A program made the position numbers and the translations under genes. Source: a virus (taxonomy: Duplodnaviria > Heunggongvirae > Uroviricota > Caudoviricetes). Taken from it: a stretch of 64,000 nt of DNA. This document shows, in pieces, positions 11,601 to 20,108 of the stretch (position 1 is its first letter; each line of letters begins with the position of its first letter). The DNA lies in IMG/VR virus record IMGVR_UViG_3300029713_000003, positions 17,710-81,709 of that record; one strand, given 5' to 3'. The notes beneath the pieces were generated by a model that saw only the letters and a list, made by a program, of their open reading frames with translations, was not told the DNA's origin and ran no database searches.

Positions 11601-14600
11601 TAGAGTTTGTGGACGCAGTGATCTGCGTAGCAGCTTCATCAAACGACTGGGCTGTAATCTTCGCATACATAGATGCCCACTTGGTACGAGACATCGTTTC
11701 TTCTTCGTCCAAGCCCTGACGCCAGAACTCAACAGCTGCTGTGGCAATATCAGTAGAAGAAATCTGGAGTTCTTTTGCAAGATTGCGATACGATTGGCTT
11801 AGCGCCTCAATCTGACTATCCGTCTGCATCGTAACAATCTGAATCTCGTTCAGCTTGTCAAAGTATTCCGTTGCATAAGAAATCGCGTTAGTCCAAATGC
11901 TGCGAAGCGCTCGTGCTACGATCATCGTTTTTGCCATCTGGACAATTTGATTCAGCAGCTTTTCACTAACCTCGCCAGTCTTGAGGCTTAAGTCGTTTTC
12001 CAGACGAACACGCTGCTCCTGTATCTGCTTCAGTTTGGTTTGCGTATCAAGACCAGTTTTATCCATGCTATTGACCTGCTGAGCAATGCGTTCTTCTTCC
12101 TGACGCAAACGGTTAATCTCAGCCTGACGTGCAGCACGTTGTGCTCCTGTTCCTTTGCCTGACTGGTTTTCAAGTGTGAGCCTACGCTTTTCATATGACC
12201 ATTGTTCTTCCAAAAGCTGATTATATTCTTTTTGGCGGGTAGCAACGCTATTCGAATTTACAGCAGCGGCATACCGCTTTTGAGCTTCAGTGGCAGCGTC
12301 AATGTAACTTTGCTCTTGAGCCAATGCGGAATTCTTTTTCAAAATGTCTTTGATCTCGGCATCAAGGTTTTGAGCGCGGCGGGTGTATTCGTCTTTGTCA
12401 ACAGTTGTTGTTGCCGTTTCCGCTTTGGTCATGAGATCCCAGTACTCTGCCGTCTTGCTAATCAGGGCGCTTAGATTGCTTGATTGATTCGCACTCTGCT
12501 GTTTTGCAGAAAGATTATCCAAAGCGTCGGATGTCTTTTGTTCTGCTTCAGTCCAAGCATTTTGAACCGCAACAGAATTGCGTACCGTATCAGAGTAAGA
12601 ATCGTAAGAGGCTTTCGCACGATTGATCTGCTCTTGGAGCGTAGCAAATTCCGGTGAATCCGTCTTGAATTTTGCCTGTGTCTTTTGCAGACTATGGTAC
12701 TCGTTCAGTGCCTTGATGCAACCCTTAATCTGATCCTGTTCATATGCAAGGCTTTGTTTGTACTCGGTATCCGCTTCTTTTTGAGCAATCTTATCCGTTG
12801 TGTCACGATAAGCCTGAACAGCGGCAGCCTGTGCTTTCACGTAAGCGTTCGTAGCGTCTGTCTGTGCCTGAAGGATAGCTGCAGAGTTGCGACGTTTATC
12901 GTCCAAACCATCCATTGCCCTTTCAGCTTGATTGATTTTTTCAATAGCCTGGTCGTATAGATCAGCAGCCAGATCTTCATCTTTTGCAGAGAAAGACTGT
13001 GAGATCAAAGTCCCAGCACTCTTGTAAAGAGATACAATCTCATCAACAGCAGATTTTTGATTGGCTGTGCCACGAATCACTTGGCTGGTTATTTGAGCGG
13101 CGGTATTATAATACTGAGTGATGCTACGGTTGGCTTCGTTCCATCCTGTTGCGACCGCTCCAGTAACAGATCCATCTCTTCCATAAGTGACCTGAAGATT
13201 ATGAAGACGAGTGATGCGGTTCTCCAGTTGGTTGACCTGTTCACCAGATGCCTCAGCCTGAGCGCCGATGTTAGAAATATTCGTGCCGGAAGAATTGATG
13301 TTCTCTTTAATAACCGACAAAAGATGTTCGCCTTGTGTGTTGTTTTGATTACTGTTGAGCAACTGAGAAATAGTATCCATTACAACACGGAGCCTTTCAG
13401 GATCCAGATGCGTAATGGCTTCGCCCATAGAAGATATTGCCTGCGCAATACCATTCAAACCATCACGAAGGTTTGCCGTCATCGACTCGGAGAGCTTGGT
13501 ACTCATAGAGTCAGCCAAAGTAAGACCATCCGTAGCACCAAGCGCTGTCTTAATTTCTTCCAGCTTCTCTGCTGTTTTCTGTAAATCAGTTAGAGAACTT
13601 TCGATTTTGCTAAAGCCAGTTTCCTCGTTCTTTACCGCAAACAAATCATGCAGCGCTGCGACAAGTTCACTCAGCTTCTTTGTATCGAAAGCAGCCAGCG
13701 TTTGAGCCACAGCTTGTAGATTAACCGCGAACTGTTTCATGTCTCCGCTGTTTTGAAAGCCGGTAAAGAAACCATTCGCCTTTGTTAAGCTGGTCTGGCT
13801 CAGGTCGCGGAACTTGGATATATACTTGTTGGTATCCTGAATAAATGCCGCTGCTGGATCGGTAGAAAACATTTCTTTGATAGATGCAGAGAAGGAACCA
13901 GAAGTCTGAGCCACCACACGATTCAGCGCATTCTCACTCACATTAACATCTTGGAGTGCGTTTTTGAAATCCTCTACATTGATGGTTGCGGTTGTTGTCT
14001 CTGTGGATAGCTTACGGATATGTTCGGCAAATGTAGCCTGTCCCTTTACATCGATATTGAAATCATTCAGAGCCGCTTCATAACTTTCGTAATCTGTAAA
14101 GATATGAGTAATCAGTGTCCCGATTTTCTCAAGTTCTTCGGCAAAATTGACAAGGCCAGCGGTGGCGTCTGTCGGATCGGCCATGATGAATGCGTCAATA
14201 TTATTCCGAGATCCTTCAAGCGCATCAATAAAAGATATAACTTCTTGTTTGGATTTGTTTATATCTGATACTGTTTTGCCGACAAATACATTCGTTACCG
14301 CATTGCCAACATCCGTCATTTCTTTTGTTAGTTTTTTGAAGCTCTCGGTAAGCTGCTCTACTTGCCCGTCGCTCAAACCATTCAGTTTTTGAGCAAACTT
14401 GTCAAGCTGCTTTTCATCAGATAGAGTTTTAAGGGCGGCTGCAATAGCGGCAATATCTCGACCAACTGTAATCTTAGCCTTATTGCTACCATTCTGTACT
14501 GTAGCAAGCCCTTTAATAATTGTTCCAATAGCCTTTTCTAACTCGGAAGTATCGCCAATAAAGTCTTCAGCTGAAGCATCCTTGGTTTTATTTTGAGCAT

Positions 14601-15873
14601 TAGTAATTGCTTCCGCACTTTTATTTGTTGCAGTCAATGCCTGGTTAGCATTTGTTTTCATCTTAATCAGTTCATCAACGACTCCACTGACAGATTCTGC
14701 TGCCTCATGCATTGCCCCAGCAAAATTCTTGGTATTTTCAACTTGTGTAGTAGTTAGCGTGTTGTTTTTTAGAGCCGAGAGTACATCATTCAGTTGCTCT
14801 GCTTTTGACTTGGTTGTATTCAGCGCTTTGTCAACTTGACCAGTAACTTTTGAGGCGTCACTTCCTTTGACAATCGCAGCGGAGATTTGACTGCCGATAG
14901 AAAGAATATTCTGCTTAATATCTTCAAGATGTTCACTAATTGATCGAAATGTCACAAGGTCATCTGAATTTACCAGATTGCCATTCTTGTATTTTATTCC
15001 AGAAACTTCTCTGAAAGCGTTTGCAAGATAACCAACAGCGCTTGAGAGATTTGCAAGCCGCTGATCATCAGGCAATGCTTTTGTTATATCCACGCCGCCT
15101 GCCGCGTCTCTTGCTGCAATAGCCTTCTCAGCGACTACATCAAGAGACTTTGCAAGTTTGCTGAACGCGCTTCCATCAACCGATCCATCAAACTCTGCCA
15201 GTTTGCCAATAGCATTCACAAGCGTAGTGATCTTCCGGTCAACATTTGTCAGTCCGTCCATGGCGTCAACGAAATCTCGTACCTGCTCGGCGAGGGGTGA
15301 TAGGTCTATCACACTCCCTTCGCTGTCCTTACCCATTCCTGCAAGCACGCTGTTCAGCTTGCTTAGATCTATGGTGGCAATGTTCTTAAGTGCAGTCGCA
15401 TAATCACGGAGAGCAGAAGATGCCTTTTGAACATCGTCGCTCTTAAAGGCTTTTAGAAAGTCTTCACTCTGAATGAGCGCACTGAACTTCTTAATGCTAT
15501 TCTGTAAATCAGCTAACTGATCTTGCACTTCAGTTAATTTAACCTTGTTTACGTCAGCCATGGAGTCTGCCATCTTCTCCATATAGGAATCAATACTACC
15601 TACGATCTTGCCAACGTTTGTATCAAGGCTCTGCAAATTCCGCGCTACCTGAGAAAGATCAATCGTGTTCGTAATCTTGCCAATCTCAGTTTGAATGGTT
15701 GTGGCTGCCTGCACAACACGATTCGCCAACGAAGAAAATTCATTCTTCACCTGTGCAAAGTCAGCAGCACTGTTCACATTGTCAACCGTCTGCTGAATTG
15801 CCTTGGCTCCTTTTTGAATAGAGCGCAGGCTCAGCTCTATGCTGGCTGACAAAATATTGCTTTCATTTGCCAT
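5650..15873 (-). CDS. Tail tape measure protein, giant (3407 aa)
   Basis: Single 10.2-kb ORF. Has long coiled-coil-like Q/A/K/E-rich N-terminal region. The central block (...FGLDFKHLGAYIATVSETTRQDAASIGTAFNTIIARWHSIKKTGY...) is typical of the TP901-family TMP core. Hydrophobic segments (VLVFSAAVGSAVLLVSKLVSVV..., VALVVGTLAAITAGVVTLVGAY) and Gly/Ser-rich linkers are present. Position between the chaperone genes and Dit/Tal fits a TMP. Confidence 0.8.
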   Translation of the reverse strand: MANESNILSASIELSLRSIQKGAKAIQQTVDNVNSAADFAQVKNEFSSLANRVVQAATTIQTEIGKITNTIDLSQVARNLQSLDTNVGKIVGSIDSYMEKMADSMADVNKVKLTEVQDQLADLQNSIKKFSALIQSEDFLKAFKSDDVQKASSALRDYATALKNIATIDLSKLNSVLAGMGKDSEGSVIDLSPLAEQVRDFVDAMDGLTNVDRKITTLVNAIGKLAEFDGSVDGSAFSKLAKSLDVVAEKAIAARDAAGGVDITKALPDDQRLANLSSAVGYLANAFREVSGIKYKNGNLVNSDDLVTFRSISEHLEDIKQNILSIGSQISAAIVKGSDASKVTGQVDKALNTTKSKAEQLNDVLSALKNNTLTTTQVENTKNFAGAMHEAAESVSGVVDELIKMKTNANQALTATNKSAEAITNAQNKTKDASAEDFIGDTSELEKAIGTIIKGLATVQNGSNKAKITVGRDIAAIAAALKTLSDEKQLDKFAQKLNGLSDGQVEQLTESFKKLTKEMTDVGNAVTNVFVGKTVSDINKSKQEVISFIDALEGSRNNIDAFIMADPTDATAGLVNFAEELEKIGTLITHIFTDYESYEAALNDFNIDVKGQATFAEHIRKLSTETTTATINVEDFKNALQDVNVSENALNRVVAQTSGSFSASIKEMFSTDPAAAFIQDTNKYISKFRDLSQTSLTKANGFFTGFQNSGDMKQFAVNLQAVAQTLAAFDTKKLSELVAALHDLFAVKNEETGFSKIESSLTDLQKTAEKLEEIKTALGATDGLTLADSMSTKLSESMTANLRDGLNGIAQAISSMGEAITHLDPERLRVVMDTISQLLNSNQNNTQGEHLLSVIKENINSSGTNISNIGAQAEASGEQVNQLENRITRLHNLQVTYGRDGSVTGAVATGWNEANRSITQYYNTAAQITSQVIRGTANQKSAVDEIVSLYKSAGTLISQSFSAKDEDLAADLYDQAIEKINQAERAMDGLDDKRRNSAAILQAQTDATNAYVKAQAAAVQAYRDTTDKIAQKEADTEYKQSLAYEQDQIKGCIKALNEYHSLQKTQAKFKTDSPEFATLQEQINRAKASYDSYSDTVRNSVAVQNAWTEAEQKTSDALDNLSAKQQSANQSSNLSALISKTAEYWDLMTKAETATTTVDKDEYTRRAQNLDAEIKDILKKNSALAQEQSYIDAATEAQKRYAAAVNSNSVATRQKEYNQLLEEQWSYEKRRLTLENQSGKGTGAQRAARQAEINRLRQEEERIAQQVNSMDKTGLDTQTKLKQIQEQRVRLENDLSLKTGEVSEKLLNQIVQMAKTMIVARALRSIWTNAISYATEYFDKLNEIQIVTMQTDSQIEALSQSYRNLAKELQISSTDIATAAVEFWRQGLDEEETMSRTKWASMYAKITAQSFDEAATQITASTNSMGVSAQEVVDLFTYLGDASASSGSEIGTAMQKAAAAAAAFGLDFKHLGAYIATVSETTRQDAASIGTAFNTIIARWHSIKKTGYTTNDDGTTTGANDISKALGDVLGINLFENGQWKDMAAVLDEIASKWNGLDAAQKSYIATTMAGTKQQNVFLALMGDMAKGAENGSRMYELLAGAMESAGTVTEKYEVWLDSVAAAQGNLNVSLERLYTTILDNETLKSFYTTMASLADNFASGMETGFGQVTKNVLVFSAAVGSAVLLVSKLVSVVKALRAAKGIGDIAKILTGGKVALVVGTLAAITAGVVTLVGAYRNAHDEAQKLQELQKKQADITTNYSSLSKLQSEYTKLISITNRTQEEEAQLKEVWKKLQTFSPTLAMALSNVSGGMENQEGVTKALREELDRLAQSYNGVVTAANKLSIKQIMDAYRTDQKKYNSYDIINDPALSANIGRLYDSKSGQSAISTIGQLIPNMNDEHWWGKMSVTQIVNEITQAQYGVVENVRQALYSDKGLIEGTNLATKFVSQFVTAYKEALDASENDLDLGQFIIDAVQSSQNDEAADEAAKTYAQQLFESMFDSMKPMDWDNMDFGSQALFESYFENMFTDGTIGTFIGIPNDLKQAVRDYQAIRKEADDLGVDIGKTIYGNIDTNNRQVLEWTEENLEAFKDAYESWGYTVDDLKGSISTVMGTSADYDGIEIAFTPILQTPEGAKLLDANTVDEYIWGLIDKANEDGSWTNEELFALDAEGLEIDGQIIKNLLADIGDEAIKTGEAMHYVGKDGALAQAFDELETLSVQYGVSIKDAVVGSAQDAGVTYIDQLVEAMKQGDETINGVMLKLLQGASEYSEKMLQTEWGANWIKALNAVNSKYGTDEFDSAYASLEVAYNALKEKYGDDFFVQLPSKESFGGVASGLADIGDAADDASTDVEKLSSKLAKVLANQTSDNELKALQNSNFKSWIDQLRSFINEDGTVDGSALFAWMQGLDSSNLEKFLEVFPQFTAYLKEIAELGDNGGLSETGENLEGFSDAVANASDQMLVALNNYRESHSGVTDEDGKSLLSEFSNLMSIGEDGTLDGLDAYIEKFASASAEEQKWMLDNSDAILKFSTAWERYKKALDTGDTDAASSAMKDMKDAFSDLNREVADTHFDDVTKQIEKMTEATDSSAAVLSAYDKVYTMADNYAEAAQEYENLAKKYSSADQILYSDVSKIASVLSMSPQAVLQAWDQIPAMLQQYAQDGLSALDLLNQEAFFNITGTSSVDFSDLENGIVIVDNMAQEMLDTLIKTGQFEVETIPVNSVAKVWDSTVRDFVSRQVNGTYKVLKPTGNNPFSSGSHRKASTKSSGGGGGSGSKNNSSSKKDSSRTEEERWVEQVDNTVKRITDRMSQLNTIMNIWDSEGYFTAEIKALGQVNEMLEDQDKILREKIAEAQARLPALIDQFNSTTPDTEAYDAILSRVNTIQDAITDWTQKLTENEASIVSNKQKIDDLNDSIRQLKLDLENEILEAIEDREQRIDDMLQARIDMEETILDILKAQAEDAEQAILDAIDAQIDALNKEKDAVSELLDARKEQADQEDKLAQLQELQAKYSRIVADPTRAKDAQDILDQIDDLRDEIAWDQAENESEAQQKSIEQQISSLEDYRDYIEQYYEDLLNNPRNFIDQVNSILKMSQEDILTWLEQNSTDYKNSTDNTRTDMENGWKETLDTMNGIIHDHWQEVQDIISQGDEAVIAFLKENSNKYREASKLQQEAYIEGWQDMFDKIRKAYEDMQTNLLDNSKFINNTKWGGSDDDGSSSGSSGGGSSGGGSGGKKKYSATYPAIGSAKGGTLKGYDTEEAAIAATKSKINSICRQLSGSSSSAIGQWARTFYDKITVKKYARGGIADFTGPIQIDGTKANPERILSATQTKLFEGLVASLEQMNRVRVAPMKYNGEAVTNNKSYGYNFGDINIKVERLDSDRDIEDLADKVKESIVESMTRGRAVGGIAL

Positions 15874-15900
15874 TTCCTCTACACCTTTCCCTTCTCAAGT

Positions 15901-15930
15901 AAAAAGAAAAGGGACTGCCTTCACAGTCCC
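15901..15930 (-). terminator. Rho-independent terminator-like hairpin (minus strand) between the 209-aa gene and the TMP start
   Basis: GGGACTG ccttca CAGTCCC stem-loop followed on the minus strand by TTTTCTTTTT. Confidence 0.45.
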
Positions 15931-15938
15931 TCATATCA

Positions 15939-16568
15939 TCAATTCTTTTTTGTTCTCTTCTTTGCAAGGTTAATCACTGCGCCGCCATCCAAAGCAATCT
16001 TGTCGTTCTTAGCCGGCTGGTTTTCTTTGCGCTCCATCGCAGCTCCGATCATATCAATCATTTGGCTGTTCACAGCTTCACTCTTAGCAATACTCTCCGT
16101 AATATCCTCATCAGTCAGGAGTGAAGCAAAGGATTTCTTGATCTTTGCAGAAAGAGTGTGGCTTTCTTCATATGAATGATAGGTTGCATAGCGCATCAAG
16201 ATATAAAGCTCACGAACAAGTTTGTAATCCTGCTCAACCGTACTAAACAATTCATGATAGATTCCGTTCATAGTCAGCCAGTCAATCAATAGCTTCCAGT
16301 CCTTCTCTTCTGCCATCTCAGAAACATCAATGTTGGTGTAGTACTTTGCCACCAATGCACATTCGAGCAGCGGCTTCTTATAACTGTCATACATAATTTC
16401 TGCCGCATCATCCGTCACGCTGGTATACATAGCCAACTCAAGCGCCATGGCTTCCTTGCTGTCATATGGGATATGCTCTTTCACTTCAATATGCGAACCG
16501 TCTTTGCAGGTCAAAGTAATAATGCCAACATTCGGGATATTCTCAGCAGCGATTTTAATCTTTTCCAT
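15939..16568 (-). CDS. Hypothetical protein (209 aa) inserted between the G/GT chaperone genes and the TMP
   Basis: ORF with RBS GGAG N9 ATG; no recognisable motif. Confidence 0.5.
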   Translation of the reverse strand: MEKIKIAAENIPNVGIITLTCKDGSHIEVKEHIPYDSKEAMALELAMYTSVTDDAAEIMYDSYKKPLLECALVAKYYTNIDVSEMAEEKDWKLLIDWLTMNGIYHELFSTVEQDYKLVRELYILMRYATYHSYEESHTLSAKIKKSFASLLTDEDITESIAKSEAVNSQMIDMIGAAMERKENQPAKNDKIALDGGAVINLAKKRTKKN

Positions 16569-16569
16569 T

Positions 16570-16911
16570 TTATTTTTCTCCTTTTCCCTTTATATGAATA
16601 TCTGCCTTGCCAAAGAAATCAGCAAGAGAGTGCATGGTTTTGCTGTTTGATGCTGTGCCATTCTCGGCAATGTTGAACGGATTGCTGTCTGAAATCATCT
16701 GCCAGCTTTTCTCGCAGAAACTGTTTCCAGCGTAGTTCACAACCGCCTCATAGTTCAGGCGGTGTCCGAGTTCATGAAGCACATCATCAAAGAAAACATA
16801 GGACATGTTATTGATCTCATCTTCATTGATTACGCCAAGATGAGCTGCAACAATTGCGACGGCGCGGTCGAGACTTACACCGCCCCCTTCCGATCCGTCT
16901 CCATGTTTTTT
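16570..16911 (-). CDS. T extension of the G/GT chaperone, reached by a -1 programmed frameshift (fusion about 270 aa)
   Basis: The -1 frame is open from the slippery site at 16911-16905 through to 16570. The downstream track ORF (16570..16806) is in exactly the -1 frame relative to G. The extension contains an HELGH (HEXXH) motif. Confidence 0.5.
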   Translation of the reverse strand, partial: KKHGDGSEGGGVSLDRAVAIVAAHLGVINEDEINNMSYVFFDDVLHELGHRLNYEAVVNYAGNSFCEKSWQMISDSNPFNIAENGTASNSKTMHSLADFFGKADIHIKGKGEK

Positions 16912-17393
16912 AGCTTCTCGTCCTTTTCGGTAATCCTGTTGACACGTTTGAAGATCACAAGGATCTTCTCAATCGTCTCTGTGTCCATGTCATCATAGTT
17001 TTCCGTAATCAGCTTTTCATCGTCGGTTGCCGCAATCAGCCAATCCATTACAGCCTTATCGCCGTCTCGCTCGTCGCCAAACTGACCTGCATCCATAGCC
17101 AAAATATCAGTCAGAGGATAGAGATCCAAAATACGATAAAATGTCGCGGTGCGATTGCGCTGGTACTTCAGTTTTGTAGCTTTTATTTCAATAGGTCTCC
17201 CGCCAATAATCACTGTGTTCTCAGGGTTTCTAATAGCGGGGAGACTCTTTGTTTTCGTTTTTGAATCGGGCATCGGCTTCGCCGTGCTTTCGGTCGTAGG
17301 GGTTTCCTTCGTGGTATGATCCACTTCTGGTAGTTGCTTTTGATTCTGCTCAATATCCGGCAGACTCTTTTTGCGTGGAGCCATATGCTGCAC
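16875..17393 (-). CDS. Tail assembly chaperone (G-like), 172 aa
   Basis: Sits between the major tail protein and the TMP. Ends 9 codons after an A_AAA_AAC slippery heptamer. Confidence 0.55.
   Translation of the reverse strand: MQHMAPRKKSLPDIEQNQKQLPEVDHTTKETPTTESTAKPMPDSKTKTKSLPAIRNPENTVIIGGRPIEIKATKLKYQRNRTATFYRILDLYPLTDILAMDAGQFGDERDGDKAVMDWLIAATDDEKLITENYDDMDTETIEKILVIFKRVNRITEKDEKLKNMETDRKGAV
16905..16911 (-). promoter_or_regulatory. Slippery heptamer A_AAA_AAC (programmed -1 ribosomal frameshift site)
   Basis: Plus-strand gtttttt, which reads AAAAAAC on the minus strand in X_XXY_YYZ phase of the G frame. Confidence 0.55.
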
Positions 17394-17415
17394 CTCATTC
17401 CTTCAAACCTTCAAT

Positions 17416-17456
17416 ATAAAAAGAAAAAGGGAGGTTCCCGAAAATGAGAACCTCCC
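17416..17456 (-). terminator. Rho-independent terminator downstream of the major tail protein gene
   Basis: GGGAGGTTC ... GAACCTCCC stem followed on the minus strand by TTTTTCTTTTT. Confidence 0.55.
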
Positions 17457-17462
17457 AAACGA

Positions 17463-18257
17463 TTAAGCCGCGACCGCCTCGTAGGACAGGTCGAACATCT
17501 TCTCGTCCGCACGCTTCGGGTCAAGCGCAGTAAAAGTCACGCCGTGTGTAGACGCAGACTTATATGAGTTGTCAAAACCGGGCAACGCTGTAACACGCAC
17601 GCGAGGGATAAACAGATGCACCCAGCCTTTGATTGCAGCTTCTGTGCAGTCTGTACCAGAAGAGTAGACCGGCCAGTGAGCATACAGAGCACCCTTGGCG
17701 GTGGTAGACTTGGTAGTCACAGAAACAATGCTCGCCTTATCACCAATCACGCGACGGTAAGCAATGCGGATTGTATCTCCATCAGCAAGATCGCCGTCAT
17801 GGAAAGTAACGGTAGCCTTGGACGCTTCGATCTTCACAGAGATCTTCCCTTCCGCGCTCGGCGTGTCCGCAGCATCCAGCTCGAAGCCATTGATCTTCAC
17901 ACTGCCGGCAGTCACAACATACGGGATCTCTGCCTTGTTGCCCTTGACCTCAAACAGCTTGGACTCAAGGGTATCGTAAGCCGCGTCGCCTTCCTTGATG
18001 TTAGACGCATTTGCCATGGCGAACATATCCAATGAGAACGCTGAAGAGTCAAACGTAAACTCCAGTGTACGAGACGTATCGATGATAGCCAGTGGGAAGT
18101 TGGACTGACCGCCGTTAATGGTCAGGGACTCTGACTGGTCGTTCATTGAAGCGGTGTTCACTTCATCATAAGAGAACACCTTGCCGTCACAACGCTCGAA
18201 CTCAATGTTCGGGTTGTCAGCAATATAGCCCTTTAGCTTTTCAACATAAACAGCCAT
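17463..18257 (-). CDS. Major tail protein (264 aa)
   Basis: Position upstream of G/GT; followed by a strong terminator; beta-rich composition. Confidence 0.5.
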   Translation of the reverse strand: MAVYVEKLKGYIADNPNIEFERCDGKVFSYDEVNTASMNDQSESLTINGGQSNFPLAIIDTSRTLEFTFDSSAFSLDMFAMANASNIKEGDAAYDTLESKLFEVKGNKAEIPYVVTAGSVKINGFELDAADTPSAEGKISVKIEASKATVTFHDGDLADGDTIRIAYRRVIGDKASIVSVTTKSTTAKGALYAHWPVYSSGTDCTEAAIKGWVHLFIPRVRVTALPGFDNSYKSASTHGVTFTALDPKRADEKMFDLSYEAVAA

Positions 18258-18323
18258 TATATTTCCTCCTTGTAATTTGCCGCATAAGAAATAAGCCCAG
18301 CCTCCTAAAACAAGGCTTAAGGC

Positions 18324-18797
18324 TTACACGGTCGTCTTATAAGAAAAGACCACGTGATATCTTTTATATCCGGCGGTCTTTGTCCATAGATTATATGAAT
18401 TTCCAAACCTGAATCTCATATTGCAGACCACAGGTTCGTGAAGCAACAAATACTTTAACCGCTCACAAATCAAATCATATCTGTTCTGTAGACGATCTTT
18501 TGTTGCTGTATGAAGCACATCGTCTTTCACAAAGATATCAAACTCTTTATATCTGTTCAGCACGTCTTTGTTTCCCGTGTCAGATCCGTCTGAGTCATAA
18601 TAGATGATTCTTACTTTCTCATCCGTCAGCAACTCTGAACTAACAGCGTCTTCAATAAAGTACTTTTCAATAAACTTTGTAATCGGCGTATTCTTTGGAA
18701 CACACATCAGCGACAACAGTTTTTCATCAGGAAAGAATACATAGCGAATGATGTCGTTCCAATTGTCTTTCCAAGTTTTTGTTTTCTCAACATACAT
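18324..18797 (-). CDS. Head-tail connector region protein (tail terminator or completion candidate), 157 aa
   Basis: Position between the capsid and major tail protein genes. Confidence 0.35.
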   Translation of the reverse strand: MYVEKTKTWKDNWNDIIRYVFFPDEKLLSLMCVPKNTPITKFIEKYFIEDAVSSELLTDEKVRIIYYDSDGSDTGNKDVLNRYKEFDIFVKDDVLHTATKDRLQNRYDLICERLKYLLLHEPVVCNMRFRFGNSYNLWTKTAGYKRYHVVFSYKTTV

Positions 18798-19327
18798 TAC
18801 AGCATCTTTCCAATCTCGTCTCTGATTTTTCTTTGAGCCACAAGAACATTATCATTGAACCGATCCCTGTAAAGTTTTGTGGCGTTTGCCATAAAGTTCT
18901 GCCCAGAGGGATGGTTAAAACTCTCTGGAAGTGGTTCTGGTTTTTCGCCAGCTGGAACATGTACAGACTTTTCATCAATATTTCCGTTCCATGTTTTTTG
19001 ACCCGGCTTTGTAAACAATGGGCCTCCCGCTTGGTTGCCAGTAGCCAGCACCATTGCACGAACGTAATCACCGTCATCATGGTCTTCTGGCATGTAAACC
19101 TTTCCAATCACCTTTTGCGAATGAGGGTCATAATATGGCTCCTCCGCAACAAGAGAATCGGCAATGTCGGCAGCCCAGTTCTTTTTCTTTTTGCTTGAAT
19201 GTTCAGACTGTATTTCACTCATCACACGAGCTTTGTATTCAGCTTGCGACTGCCGGACAGTATCGAGAGCAATGTCAATTGCCAACTGCATAAAATCAAT
19301 GGCCATTGACAGCACCGCCTGCTTCAC
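18797..19327 (-). CDS. Hypothetical connector-region protein, 176 aa
   Basis: ORF in the structural operon; start overlaps the neighbouring gene. Confidence 0.4.
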   Translation of the reverse strand: MKQAVLSMAIDFMQLAIDIALDTVRQSQAEYKARVMSEIQSEHSSKKKKNWAADIADSLVAEEPYYDPHSQKVIGKVYMPEDHDDGDYVRAMVLATGNQAGGPLFTKPGQKTWNGNIDEKSVHVPAGEKPEPLPESFNHPSGQNFMANATKLYRDRFNDNVLVAQRKIRDEIGKML

Positions 19328-20108
19328 GCCTCGCCTGCAAATACAGGCAACCGTGCGTTTTGTGAATGTTTACTTCCGCCGTATATACATTCTGAATAAC
19401 ATAAGTGTAGCTGCCAATTTCCACCGTATCATCAATACGGATGTCTTTGGTCTTGCAATTCCATTGCACATAGATGTTAATCAGGTTATTAGCATTCACA
19501 CCGGCATAACTTTCAGAAACAGAATACTCCGGTCGTCCAGCATATTCAGAATGAGATGCAGGAATTTCTTTGACAATAATCTCGCGCCCCTTCTCATCAA
19601 GCTCAACGCCCGGTTCATCATCTATTTCAAAGCCATACTGGTTTGTCGCCACATGGTGTTCACGGGTAAAAGTTAAAAAGTCATTGCATTCTACAACCTG
19701 ACTGGATTGATTGTTGGGGTGAAGCGTTACGTTCCAGTTCAGTAAGTAAATGGTTCCGTCTTCACGGACTGCAATATCGCCTTTGAAAATCTGATGGTCA
19801 AATGACGTTTTGAAATTGGTGCTCATATCCGAGTTACCAATTTTAGATTTCCAATCGATAGGCGTTTGCTGCGCCCGAATGAATACAGGCTCATAGTCAT
19901 CTTCCTGCGCCGCATACCAGTCGTGAATCAACTCAAACGTAAAATTCGTGTGAGGGACATCGTGTTCAAGCAAGCGCTTAAAATCAGATTCCAAAGTAGG
20001 TGGAGGTCTGAAGTCTCGGTGGCTTGCTTTCTTGATGCCCGGAATGAGCTTATAAGCATCCTTCAGATCAGCGATTCGCTCATCGGTAATCCATTGGGGT
20101 CTTGCCAT
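19296..20108 (-). CDS. Hypothetical structural-module protein, 270 aa
   Basis: ORF in the structural operon. Confidence 0.45.
   Translation of the reverse strand: MARPQWITDERIADLKDAYKLIPGIKKASHRDFRPPPTLESDFKRLLEHDVPHTNFTFELIHDWYAAQEDDYEPVFIRAQQTPIDWKSKIGNSDMSTNFKTSFDHQIFKGDIAVREDGTIYLLNWNVTLHPNNQSSQVVECNDFLTFTREHHVATNQYGFEIDDEPGVELDEKGREIIVKEIPASHSEYAGRPEYSVSESYAGVNANNLINIYVQWNCKTKDIRIDDTVEIGSYTYVIQNVYTAEVNIHKTHGCLYLQARREAGGAVNGH

Noticed and set aside
5798-15403. Many plus-strand ORFs (60-175 aa) antisense to the tape measure gene
   Set aside because: They lie entirely inside the 10.2-kb minus-strand TMP ORF, have no RBS and are low-complexity Ser/Ala-rich translations typical of antisense frames.
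16570-16806. Stand-alone 78-aa HEXXH mini-metalloprotease
   Set aside because: Its frame is open upstream back to the A_AAA_AAC slippery site in the -1 frame of the chaperone gene, so it is better explained as the T extension of a G/GT fusion. HEXXH may be coincidental.
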